A DNA stretch of 64,000 nt from Chloroflexia bacterium (GTDB lineage: Bacteria; Chloroflexota; Chloroflexia; DTKN01), in NCBI GenBank assembly GCA_041082245.1, contig JBDOIE010000006.1, positions 4,950 through 68,949 of the forward strand, written 5' to 3'. The first letter of the stretch is position 1, and each line of letters starts with the position of its first letter. Positions 18,010-26,886 of the stretch are shown piece after piece. The translations under genes were made by a program, and so were the position numbers. Under the pieces are notes generated by a model that saw only the letters and a list, made by a program, of their open reading frames with translations, made no database searches and was not told the DNA's origin.

Positions 18010-19665
18010 TCAGCCACGGTGCCGCAGTACGCGGCCCGGCAGGGCACCGGTATGCTCGCCTCCGTCGATCACCGGTACGCCGTTCACCAGGACATAGTCG
18101 ATCCCTTCGGCATAGGCGTGCGGATAGTTCTCAAAGGGATAAACGTGCGGGTAAAGGTTCGTCGCGCGGTCCCGCACCCGCTCCAGGTCGAAGACGAACA
18201 GGTCCGCCCAGGCACCCGGCCGTATGACGCCGCGGTCGTGGAGGCCGAAGCGCTGGGCCGGAAACGAGGTCATCTTGCGGATCGCCTCTTCCAGCCGCAG
18301 AACCCTTTGCTGACGCACATAGCGTTCCAGCACCCCGGGGAATTCCCCGTAACTGCAGGGCGAGTAGGGCGGAGGGTCGTTCAGGAAGCCGTAAGGGGCA
18401 AGGACCTGCCCGTCGGAGCAGATCATGACCAGCGGGTGCTGCAGCAGGATGCGGATGTTCGCCTCGTCGATGTAGTCAAAGATCGCCTCGGCCTCGTGCC
18501 CGTTCTCGACGATCAGGTCGAAGTAGGCGTCGAACGGATCTACCCCGCGTTCCCGGGCGACCGCTTCGACGGTCTTGCCCACCGCCCAGGGCGTCCGGGG
18601 TGCGTGCAGGATCGTGATCCGCTCCCAGCGCCCGTGCTTGAGCAGGCTCGCCGGTCCAAACGCCGGACGACGATCGCGGACGATCTCCTCGCGCACCAGG
18701 CGTCGCATCTCCGGGTCCCGCAACCGGGCGGCGATCTCTTCCGCCGGCAAATCCTGCATCGCCTGCGGCAGGGCTCCGGTGAGCGCCGGCCCCAGGTCCG
18801 TATGTACGTCGTTGTCCACGGTGACGTCCTGGCCGGCCGCACGTGCCTCCTCCACCAGCCTCAGGGTCGCGTGCGCATCGCACGGGGCTCCGTACTTGGG
18901 GGCATTGTGCGAGATCTGCACCGGCAACCCCGCCTCCCGGCCGATACGGATCGCCTCCGCGACCGCCTCGAGGACCGTCTCCCGCTCGCCGCGTACGTGG
19001 GAGGCGTACAGGCCGTGGTAGCGCGCCGCAACGCGTGCCAGAGCCACGATCTCGTCCGTCTGGGCAAAGCACCCCGGAGGATACACAAGTCCGGTCGAAA
19101 GGCCGAAAGCGCCCGCTTCCATCGCTTCCGCGAGCAACGTCTGCATCCGCGCCAGTTCTTCCGGGCGTGGGGCGCGCTCCTCGTATCCCATGACGGCGAT
19201 GCGGAGCGCCGAATGCCCGGCCAGAGAAGCGATGTGGATCGCAAGCCCCCCACGCTCCAGTGCCCGCAGGTACTGCGCGAAGGTGCGCCATCGCCAGTGG
19301 ACACCCGGCCCGTCCGCGTGCCGCCCCCAGAAGCGACGGATCTCCTCAAAGTGCGCGTCGTCCACCGGTGCAGGCGACATGCCACAGTTCCCGATGACTT
19401 CGGTCGTCACGCCCTGGCGCACGACGCTTTCCGCCCGGCGGTTGATCAGGATGGAAAGGTCCGAGTGGGTGTGCACATCGATGATGCCCGGGGCGACGTA
19501 GCGGCCGTCCAGGTCGATCACCCGCTGCCCACGCAGCGATCCCGCTGCCCCGATCGCCGCGATGCGGCCACGCCGGATGCCTACATCCCCCCAGTACCAG
19601 GGGTTCCCGCAGCCGTCGATGATCCGCGCGTTCGCAAGCACCAGGTCCAGCGTCGCCTCGGGCAT
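18010..19665 (-). CDS. N-acyl-D-amino-acid deacylase (D-aminoacylase) family metal-dependent amidohydrolase
   Basis: MPEATLDLVLANARIIDGCGNPWYWGDVGIRRGRIAAIGAAGSLRGQRVIDLDGRYVAPGIIDVHTHSD... has the amidohydrolase HxH motif and a D-aminoacylase C-terminal region. Start placed at the internal ATG 19665 behind gaggtga; the longer track ORF N-terminus is Arg/Gly-rich junk. Confidence 0.8.
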   Translation of the reverse strand: MPEATLDLVLANARIIDGCGNPWYWGDVGIRRGRIAAIGAAGSLRGQRVIDLDGRYVAPGIIDVHTHSDLSILINRRAESVVRQGVTTEVIGNCGMSPAPVDDAHFEEIRRFWGRHADGPGVHWRWRTFAQYLRALERGGLAIHIASLAGHSALRIAVMGYEERAPRPEELARMQTLLAEAMEAGAFGLSTGLVYPPGCFAQTDEIVALARVAARYHGLYASHVRGERETVLEAVAEAIRIGREAGLPVQISHNAPKYGAPCDAHATLRLVEEARAAGQDVTVDNDVHTDLGPALTGALPQAMQDLPAEEIAARLRDPEMRRLVREEIVRDRRPAFGPASLLKHGRWERITILHAPRTPWAVGKTVEAVARERGVDPFDAYFDLIVENGHEAEAIFDYIDEANIRILLQHPLVMICSDGQVLAPYGFLNDPPPYSPCSYGEFPGVLERYVRQQRVLRLEEAIRKMTSFPAQRFGLHDRGVIRPGAWADLFVFDLERVRDRATNLYPHVYPFENYPHAYAEGIDYVLVNGVPVIDGGEHTGALPGRVLRHRG

Positions 19666-19670
19666 CGCTC

Positions 19671-21128
19671 TCACCTCGCTCCCTCTTCTACTGCGGCGAT
19701 GATCCGACCCAGCTCGGCATCCAGCCGTGGATCGAGTGGTTCGGGATGATAGGAGGCCAGGATCTCCTGTGCCCGCGCACGCGCCCACTCGCGCGCGCCA
19801 TCCCGGCGCTCTTCCCACACCTCGTAGGGTCGGCGGTCCATCAGCCGAGGCACCCAGAGGGCCCGCATATGTTCCTTGGTGTGCCGATGCTTCAGGAAAT
19901 TGCCCCCCGGCCCAACCTCGCGGATCGCGCCCAGGGCAAGCGTCTCCTCGTTGACCACGATCCCGGACATCATATGGCGGATGATGCTCCAGATCTCGCA
20001 GTCCATCAGGAGTTGCTCGTACGACCAGATGCGGCTCCCGTGCAGGAGCCCGACACCGAGCAGCATATCGGACCCGACCACCGAGGCCATGAAGGTGGAA
20101 AGGCTGTTTTCGATGCCCGCCTGCCAGTTCGGTTCCTTGGCCCCCGTGGCAAAGGACCCCATGGAGAGGGGGACGTGGTAGAAATCGGCCAGCGCGTTGG
20201 TTGCAGCACCGAAGAGGAAATCCTCCGGACCGCCACCGGTGTAGGCCCCCGTGCGCAGGTCCATCGCCGTCTGGGCCGCGGCGTAGAACACCGGTGCCCC
20301 CGGAAAGGCCAGCTGGATGAGCGCCAGCGCGCTGATCACTTCGGCATTGCCCACGACCAGATTCCCCGCGAGCGTGGCCGGCCCGGTGGAGGCACAGGAG
20401 GCCATCGTCATGAAGCCGACCGGCAGTCCAGCCTCCGCTCCGACGAGCGCTGCCTCCAGGCTTCCGCCGTCGTGCCCAAGGGGAGAGGTCGTGCACTCCA
20501 TAATGGACAGGATGGGGCGCGCGCGAAGCGCTTCCCGCCCCCCGGCGAGCACGGCGGCCATCTCCACCGCGGCCTGCGCCTCCCGGGCGGAGTAGATGCT
20601 TTCCGTCTGCACATGCTTGGTCGAGTGGCGCCAGATCGCCCGCAACTCGTGCAGTCCGCGCGACTCCGGTGGGCAATCCTGCGCCGAAACCGGCACCCAG
20701 TGAAAAGCTACCTCGTCCAGGTAGTCAGCGATGCGCGCGATATCCGCGACATCCTGCAGGCAGGAACGGCGCCGCACGCCGGTCTCCAGGTCGATCACCT
20801 CCACCCCGCACCCGTCCGTCCCCACATACACGTGGTGACCGTCCAGCGGCAGGTCCAACGTGGGATCGCGTGCTGCCAGGGTATAGACAGGCGGCGCGTG
20901 GCGCAACGCCTCTTCGATGAGCGCCCCGGGCGCGCGCACGATCATCGTCTGGCGGTCGACGCGCGCGCCGTGCGCTTCCCAGATCTCGAGCGCACGCAAC
21001 GAGGGGAACCGCACCCCTACCGTTTCGATCACATCGAGCGTCGCGGTATGGATGCGCTGCACATCCTCCGGGGATAGCACTTCCAGGCGGAGGCGCGGAT
21101 CGCTGATGGAGCAGATCCGTCCCGGCAT
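19671..21128 (-). CDS. MttB-superfamily corrinoid-dependent methyltransferase, paralog 3
   Basis: MPGRICSISDPRLRLEVLSPEDVQRIHTATLDVIETVGVRFPSLRALEIWEAHGARVDRQTMIVRAPGALIEEALRHAP...; 485 aa. Confidence 0.8.
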   Translation of the reverse strand: MPGRICSISDPRLRLEVLSPEDVQRIHTATLDVIETVGVRFPSLRALEIWEAHGARVDRQTMIVRAPGALIEEALRHAPPVYTLAARDPTLDLPLDGHHVYVGTDGCGVEVIDLETGVRRRSCLQDVADIARIADYLDEVAFHWVPVSAQDCPPESRGLHELRAIWRHSTKHVQTESIYSAREAQAAVEMAAVLAGGREALRARPILSIMECTTSPLGHDGGSLEAALVGAEAGLPVGFMTMASCASTGPATLAGNLVVGNAEVISALALIQLAFPGAPVFYAAAQTAMDLRTGAYTGGGPEDFLFGAATNALADFYHVPLSMGSFATGAKEPNWQAGIENSLSTFMASVVGSDMLLGVGLLHGSRIWSYEQLLMDCEIWSIIRHMMSGIVVNEETLALGAIREVGPGGNFLKHRHTKEHMRALWVPRLMDRRPYEVWEERRDGAREWARARAQEILASYHPEPLDPRLDAELGRIIAAVEEGAR

Positions 21129-21161
21129 CCGATTCCTCCTGGGGACGGCACTTGCCCCTGC

Positions 21162-21809
21162 TTACGCCCCTACCAGTCGCCTGGCCACCGCCACCGCGCC
21201 AATGGCATCTTCGCTGAACCCTTCCGCCCCGATCTCCTCGGCCCAGGATGCAGTCACCGGGGCGCCGCCGACCATGACCTTCACCTTCGGGCGAAGGCCG
21301 GCCGCTTCCAGGGCCTGGATCACCTCTCGCTGGCGGAGCATGGTGGTTGTAAGGAGTGCACTCAACCCGACAATGTCGGCATCGACCTCGCGCGCCTTGG
21401 CGACGAACCGCTCTGCGGGGACGTCCACGCCGAGGTCGTAGACCTGGAAGCCGCTGGCGGCAAGCATCGTCCCCACCAGCGTCTTGCCGATCTCATGGAT
21501 GTCCCCCTGGACCGTGCCCAGTACGACTTTGCCGAGCGTCTTCCGCTCCGTGCCCCGACGGGCCATTTCCGGCTCCAGCGTGGCCACCGCCGCCTTCATC
21601 GCCTCGCCGGCCAGCACGAGGTCCGGGAGGAACATCTCGCCCTTGGCAAACTGATCCCCTACATAGTTCACCCCGACCACGAACCCCTTGTTGATCGCAT
21701 CCAGGGGATCGATGCCCTGCTCGATCGCCTGCTGCGCGAGCTTTCGCGCCGCGTCGATGTCGCCGTCCACGATGCTCTGCGCCATAGCCCGGAAGAGTTC
21801 TTCGGACAC
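21162..21809 (-). CDS. Cobalamin-binding corrinoid protein (MtbC/MttC/MtgC-like; B12-binding_2 cap plus Rossmann-like B12-binding domain)
   Basis: ...DAARKLAQQAIEQGIDPLDAINKGF...GEMFLPDLVLAGEAM...VVLGTVQGDIHEIGKTLV... has the DxHxxG His-on cobalamin-binding motif. Start proposed at GTG 21809 behind aaggaggg. Confidence 0.8.
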   Translation of the reverse strand: MSEELFRAMAQSIVDGDIDAARKLAQQAIEQGIDPLDAINKGFVVGVNYVGDQFAKGEMFLPDLVLAGEAMKAAVATLEPEMARRGTERKTLGKVVLGTVQGDIHEIGKTLVGTMLAASGFQVYDLGVDVPAERFVAKAREVDADIVGLSALLTTTMLRQREVIQALEAAGLRPKVKVMVGGAPVTASWAEEIGAEGFSEDAIGAVAVARRLVGA

Positions 21810-21944
21810 GGTGACCCTCCTTTGTCCAAAACCGATCGATCCTCGCAACGCGTTGGCCGGCGCGGGGTCGCACCGGCGCGCCGTGCATCTTACCACAGCT
21901 CTGCACGGCTGTCAAACGGCCCTTTGCAAATCGACGTAAAGGAG

Positions 21945-21973
21945 TTGAAAAGACGCGCATCCTATGGTAAAAT
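21945..21973 (+). promoter_or_regulatory. Promoter for the Lrp/AsnC gene (TTGAAA, 17 bp, extended -10 TGgTAAAAT) inside the divergent control region shared with the corrinoid operon
   Basis: ttgaaa at 21945-21950 and taaaat at 21968-21973. Confidence 0.45.
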
Positions 21974-22036
21974 GCCCGCAAAAGGACGCAAACCGAAGCC
22001 AGGGAACGTTTTGGGCGCGCAGGTGTTTGCGCTCCG

Positions 22037-22541
22037 GGGAGGTACGATGGACGACCTGGATCGGCTCATCCTGCAGACGCTGCAGCAGGACGGCCGGACA
22101 CCGTTCCGCCAGATCGCCCGGGAAGCGGGCGTCTCCGAGACGACGATCCGCAGCCGGTACAGGCAGCTTGTCGCCCAGGGGATCATCCGCACGGTGGGGA
22201 TCGTGGACCCCTACGCCCTCGGGTTCCAGGCCCCGGCGCTGGTGGGGGTATCCGCCGAGCCGGGGCGAATCGACGCGGTCGCCAGGGCGATCGCCGCGCT
22301 CCCCGAGGTGAGCTACCTTGTGATGACCCTGGGTTCCTGGGATCTGGTGATCGAGGTGTTTTGTCGGGACCTTCCCCACCTGAGCCGGCTGATCACCGAG
22401 CAGATCCACAGCATCCCGGGCGTGCGCAGCACCGAGACGCTGATGATCGCACGCAGCTACAAGCTCAGCTACCGCTGGTCCCCCTCTCCCGTGGAGGAGG
22501 ACGAGGGCTCCCTCGAAATCGACGCGAGCGATCCGCGCTGA
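22037..22541 (+). CDS. Lrp/AsnC family transcriptional regulator
   Basis: MDDLDRLILQTLQQDGRTPFRQIAREAGVSETTIRSRYRQLVAQGIIRTVGIVDPYALGF... has the HTH_AsnC domain plus a RAM domain. Confidence 0.85.
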
Positions 22542-22574
22542 TACGTCCGGGTTCGTGGATAAGGAGGAAAGACC

Positions 22575-23957
22575 GTGTCCATTGCCGTCGAGAGACCGAC
22601 CGCCGCAGAGCAAGCGCTCTGGCCAGCACCCCCGCTCCCCGCGCCGCTCCTGGTGACCGAGATCCCCGGGCCGAAGGCACGCGCGCTGATCGAGGCCGAC
22701 GAACGGGTGACCTCTCCTTCGCTCCCGCGGGCCTTTCCGCTCGTCGTAGACCACGCACAAGGGTGCGTGGTGACCGACGTCGACGGCAACCGCTTCCTGG
22801 ACCTCGCTGCCGGCATCGCCGTGTGCGCGACCGGCCATTGCCACCCCCGGGTGGTCCAGGCGATCCGGGAACAGGCGGGCCGTCTGATCCATATCTGCGG
22901 GTCCGACTTTTACTACCGCCCCTATGCCGATCTGGCCGCACGGCTGACCTCCCTGGCGCCCGGGCCCGGCCCCTGGCGCGCGTTCCTGACGAACTCGGGT
23001 GCGGAGGCGGTCGAAGCCGCGCTCAAACTGGCCCGCCATGCTACCCGACGACACCGCTTCATCGCTTTCCTGGGCGCCTTTCACGGCCGTACCCTGGGCA
23101 CAGTGAGCCTCACAGCGAGCAAGGCAAAATACCGCCAGAGCTTCGGCCCGCTCCTGCCCGACGTCACCCACGTTCCTTACGGCGACTGCTTTCACTGCCA
23201 CTTCCACCTGCGGTATCCAGAGTGCGGACTCTGTTGCATTGCCTATATCGAGGAGCAGATTCTCACCCGGGTCGCGCCCGCGGAGGACGTCGCGGCGATC
23301 ATCGTGGAACCGGTCCTCGGCGAAGGCGGCTACATCGTCCCACCGCCCGATTGGTTACCCGCGCTGCGCCGGCTCTGTGACCGCCACGGCATCCTGCTGA
23401 TCGCCGACGAAGTGCAGAGCGGCATGGGCCGCACCGGCCGGATGTTCGCGGTCGAGCACTTCAGCGTGGTTCCGGATATCCTCACGCTGGCGAAAGGGAT
23501 CGCTTCCGGCATGCCGGTCGCTGCGATGCTCGCCCGGGCCGAGCTGATGACCTGGCCCAGGGGCGCGCATGGGAGCACCTACGGCGGAAATCCCGTAGCC
23601 TGCGCCGCCGCCCTGGAGACGATCGCTCTGCTCGAAGAAGGGCTGATGGCGCACGCGGCCCGGCTGGGGGCCGATCTGCTCACCTGCCTAAGGGCGATCG
23701 CCGACCGCCACCCCATCCTGGTGGACGTACGCGGGCTGGGCCTGATGATCGGCCTGGAGTTCGCCACGCCTGCACAGGCATCCGCCGTGGCATGGGAGTG
23801 TTTCCGCCGCGGTGTCATCGTTCTGGAATGTGGCGACCAGGCGATCCGCCTCAGTCCGCCGCTCGTCCTGAGCAACAAAGAAGCGGAGGTCGCCCTGCAA
23901 ATCCTGGAAGAGGCGATCGCCGCAGTAGAACAGGGCGGCGCAGGGGAACAGTCCTAG
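22575..23957 (+). CDS. Class III aminotransferase (4-aminobutyrate / omega-amino acid transaminase-like)
   Basis: ...LIADEVQSGMGRTGRMFA... is the PLP-lysine region. GTG start behind aaggagg. Confidence 0.8.
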   Translation: MSIAVERPTAAEQALWPAPPLPAPLLVTEIPGPKARALIEADERVTSPSLPRAFPLVVDHAQGCVVTDVDGNRFLDLAAGIAVCATGHCHPRVVQAIREQAGRLIHICGSDFYYRPYADLAARLTSLAPGPGPWRAFLTNSGAEAVEAALKLARHATRRHRFIAFLGAFHGRTLGTVSLTASKAKYRQSFGPLLPDVTHVPYGDCFHCHFHLRYPECGLCCIAYIEEQILTRVAPAEDVAAIIVEPVLGEGGYIVPPPDWLPALRRLCDRHGILLIADEVQSGMGRTGRMFAVEHFSVVPDILTLAKGIASGMPVAAMLARAELMTWPRGAHGSTYGGNPVACAAALETIALLEEGLMAHAARLGADLLTCLRAIADRHPILVDVRGLGLMIGLEFATPAQASAVAWECFRRGVIVLECGDQAIRLSPPLVLSNKEAEVALQILEEAIAAVEQGGAGEQS

Positions 23958-23966
23958 GAGGTCCGA

Positions 23967-24878
23967 ATGAAACAGATGAGCATGCGCGAAGCGATCGCGG
24001 CGTTCGTCCACGACGGCGACACTGTGGCCATCGAAGGCTTTACCGCCTGCATCTGCTTTGCGGCTGCCCACGAGATCATCCGCCAGGGACGGAAAGAGCT
24101 GACCCTCTGCCGGATGACCCCCGACCTCGTCTACGATATGATGGTAGCCGCCGGGTGTGCACGAAAACTCGTCTGCTCCTACATCGGCAACCCGGGCGTC
24201 GGTTCCCTGCATGCGATCCGCCGCGCGGTGGAAAAGGGCATCCCCGCTCCTCTGGAGCTGGAGGAGTACTCCCACTTTGGTATGGTCGCCCGCTACACCG
24301 CGGGTGCCTACCGCTTGCCCTTCTTCCCGCTGCGTTCCTACCAGGGCAGCGACCTGCCGCGCGTCAACCCGTTCATTCGTTCTGTACAGAGCCCGTACGG
24401 GGACGGGGAGGTAGCCGTTGTACCGCCGTTGAACCCCGACGTGACGATCGTCCACGCTCAGCGGGCTGACCCCGATGGGAACACTCATCTTTGGGGGCTG
24501 CTCGGGGTACAGAAGGAAGCCGCGTTTGCCGCGCGGCACGTGATCGTCGTGGTGGAAGAGATCGTGCCTCCGGACGTGATCCGTTCCGATCCGAACCGCA
24601 CGATCATCCCCGGGCTGATCGTGGACGCCGTGGTACACGAACCGTACGGCGCACACCCCTCGTATGTACAGGGCTATTACGATCGGGACAACGCCTTCTA
24701 CCTGCGCTGGGACGAGATCAGCAGGGACGAGGCCACGACACGCGCCTGGTTGGAAGAATGGGTCTACGGGGTTCCAGATCGGGCCGCCTACGTGGCCAAG
24801 ATGGGGACGGAGCTGTGGGAACGCCTCCGCCCGGGGGAGGCTTTCGCCCACCCGGTGAACTACGGGCGTTACGCCTGA
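23967..24878 (+). CDS. CoA-transferase subunit A (glutaconate / 3-oxoacid CoA-transferase family I)
   Basis: MKQMSMREAIAAFVHDGDTVAIEGFTACICFAAAHEIIRQG... Confidence 0.75.
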   Translation: MKQMSMREAIAAFVHDGDTVAIEGFTACICFAAAHEIIRQGRKELTLCRMTPDLVYDMMVAAGCARKLVCSYIGNPGVGSLHAIRRAVEKGIPAPLELEEYSHFGMVARYTAGAYRLPFFPLRSYQGSDLPRVNPFIRSVQSPYGDGEVAVVPPLNPDVTIVHAQRADPDGNTHLWGLLGVQKEAAFAARHVIVVVEEIVPPDVIRSDPNRTIIPGLIVDAVVHEPYGAHPSYVQGYYDRDNAFYLRWDEISRDEATTRAWLEEWVYGVPDRAAYVAKMGTELWERLRPGEAFAHPVNYGRYA

Positions 24879-24899
24879 GGCACGAGCAAGGAGAACGCC

Positions 24900-25664
24900 A
24901 TGGACGGGTACTCGCCTTCCGAGATGATGATCGTATCCGCCGCCCGGGCCCTCGCGGGGGTGCGCACGGTGCTGGTCGGCGTGGGGCAGCCGAACATCGC
25001 TTGCAACCTCGCGCTGCGCACGGTGGCGCCGGATTTGAAGCTCCTCTACGAGAGCGGCGTATATGAAGCCCGGCCGGCCCGCTTGCCCCTTTCCATCGGC
25101 GACCCGACGCTCGTGAGCGGCGCCACGCTCGTCTGTTCCCTGGCGGACCTCTTCGGCCTCTTCCTGCAGGGCGGGCGCGTGGAGGTCGCCTTCCTGGGCG
25201 GTGCCCAGATCGACCGTTTCGGCAACCTGAACACGACCGTCATCGGGGACTATGCCCGGCCCAAAGTGCGTCTGCCGGGGAGCGGCGGTGCCTGCGAGAT
25301 CGCCATCCACGCCGGCCGGGTTTTTGTCATCATGCCGCTCAGCCGGCGGAGCTTCGTGGAACGGCTCGACTTTGTCACCACCCCTGGCTACCTCGACGGG
25401 AAAACCTCCCGCGCCGCCCTGGGTATGCCCGGGGCCGGACCGCACCTGGTGGTCACCGACAAGTGCATCCTGGGCTTCGACCCGGAAAGCAAAGAGATGG
25501 TGCTGCAGCGCCTCCATCCCGGGGTCGAGCTGGAAACGGTGCTCCGAGAGGTCGGCTGGAACCTGCGGGTCGCTGCCGACCTGCGAGAGACCGAGCCCCC
25601 CACGGCGGAGGAGCTGCGCATCCTGCGCGAGGAACTCGATCCCCAGGGGATCTACCGTCGCTAG
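24900..25664 (+). CDS. CoA-transferase subunit B
   Basis: [41 protein letters not shown]... Confidence 0.75.
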   Translation: MDGYSPSEMMIVSAARALAGVRTVLVGVGQPNIACNLALRTVAPDLKLLYESGVYEARPARLPLSIGDPTLVSGATLVCSLADLFGLFLQGGRVEVAFLGGAQIDRFGNLNTTVIGDYARPKVRLPGSGGACEIAIHAGRVFVIMPLSRRSFVERLDFVTTPGYLDGKTSRAALGMPGAGPHLVVTDKCILGFDPESKEMVLQRLHPGVELETVLREVGWNLRVAADLRETEPPTAEELRILREELDPQGIYRR

Positions 25665-25681
25665 CCAAGATAGGAGGTCCT

Positions 25682-26872
25682 ATGGACGTGAAGGAGATCG
25701 TGATCCTTTCGGCCGTGCGGACGCCGATCGGCAACTTCGGGGGCGGCCTGAAGGATGTCCCGGCTGCTCGCCTCGGGGCGGTGGCCGCCCGGGCCGCGAT
25801 CGAGCGCGCGGGGATCACCCCCGATCAGGTCGACGAGGTGATCATCGGCTGTGCCCGCCAGGCAGGAAACGGGCCGAACGTGGCCCGCCAGGTGGCCTGG
25901 CACACCGGCATCCCCGTCGACCGGCCGGCCTTTACGGTGAACAAGGCCTGTGCCAGCGGAATGAAAGCGGTCACGCTCGCCGCGCAGTCGATCCTCACCG
26001 GGGAGAACCGCATCGTGCTGGCCGGCGGCGTGGAACAGATGTCGCAGATCCCCTACCTCCTGCTCAAGGCGCGCTGGGGCTACCGGCTGGGAGACGATAC
26101 CCTGGTGGATGCGATGTACCGCGATGGATACTTCTGCCCGCTTGCGGAGATGGTGATGGGCGAGACCGCGGAACTCCTCGCCGAGCGGTACGGCATCAGC
26201 CGTGAGGAACAGGACCGCTTTGCCCTCGAAAGCCACCGCAAGGCCGTGGCGGCCTGGGAAAGCGGCGCCTTTGCCGAGGAAGTCGTCCCTGTAGATGCCC
26301 CCGGGGAGAAAGGAGGCACGGTGCGCGTCGAGCGCGACGAGCGGCCCCGGCCCGACACCACCCTGGAGAAGCTCGCCCGCCTGAAGCCCGCTTTCCGCCC
26401 GGACGGCACGATCACCGCGGGCAACGCCTCCGGAATCACGGACGGGGCTGCGGCGCTGGTGCTGGCTTCGGCCGAGACAGCCTCCGCCCTGGGCCTGCGG
26501 CCGCTCGCCCGGCTGCTCGGGTTCGCTTCCGCAGCCGTGCACCCCCGGGAAATGGGCCTGGGGCCGGTCCCCGCTACCCGGAAGCTGCTCTCCCAGACCG
26601 GACTCACGCTCGCCGACCTGGAGCGGATCGAGATCAACGAAGCGTTTGCTGCGCAGGTGCTGGCAGTGGAGAAGGAACTCGACTGGGACGTCGAGCGGCG
26701 CAACGTCCACGGGGGCGCCGTCGCCCTGGGGCATCCGACCGGCTGCACCGGCGCGCGGATCCTGGTCACCCTGCTCCACGCGCTGCGCACGCACGACAAG
26801 ACGATCGGGCTGGCGACCCTGTGCGTGAGCGGCGGCCTCGGGATGGCGGTCGCCCTCGAGCGGCTCTCCTGA
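25682..26872 (+). CDS. Acetyl-CoA C-acetyltransferase (thiolase II)
   Basis: [21 protein letters not shown]..., active-site Cys region [12 protein letters not shown]-terminal ...[12 protein letters not shown]. Confidence 0.85.
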   Translation: MDVKEIVILSAVRTPIGNFGGGLKDVPAARLGAVAARAAIERAGITPDQVDEVIIGCARQAGNGPNVARQVAWHTGIPVDRPAFTVNKACASGMKAVTLAAQSILTGENRIVLAGGVEQMSQIPYLLLKARWGYRLGDDTLVDAMYRDGYFCPLAEMVMGETAELLAERYGISREEQDRFALESHRKAVAAWESGAFAEEVVPVDAPGEKGGTVRVERDERPRPDTTLEKLARLKPAFRPDGTITAGNASGITDGAAALVLASAETASALGLRPLARLLGFASAAVHPREMGLGPVPATRKLLSQTGLTLADLERIEINEAFAAQVLAVEKELDWDVERRNVHGGAVALGHPTGCTGARILVTLLHALRTHDKTIGLATLCVSGGLGMAVALERLS

Positions 26873-26886
26873 AGGAGGCGGTCCCC

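Noticed and set aside
15525-18227. 900-aa plus-strand ORF
   Set aside because: Antisense to the MttB-2, C45 and D-aminoacylase genes, with an Arg-rich junk translation.
18019-19749. 576-aa plus-strand ORF
   Set aside because: Antisense to the D-aminoacylase gene, with low-complexity translation.
18010-20676. Track version of the D-aminoacylase ORF extended to 888 aa
   Set aside because: The N-terminal 337 residues are Arg/Gly-rich and overlap the upstream MttB-3 gene on the same strand. An internal ATG at 19665 with a GAGGTGA RBS gives a canonical ~551-aa D-aminoacylase.
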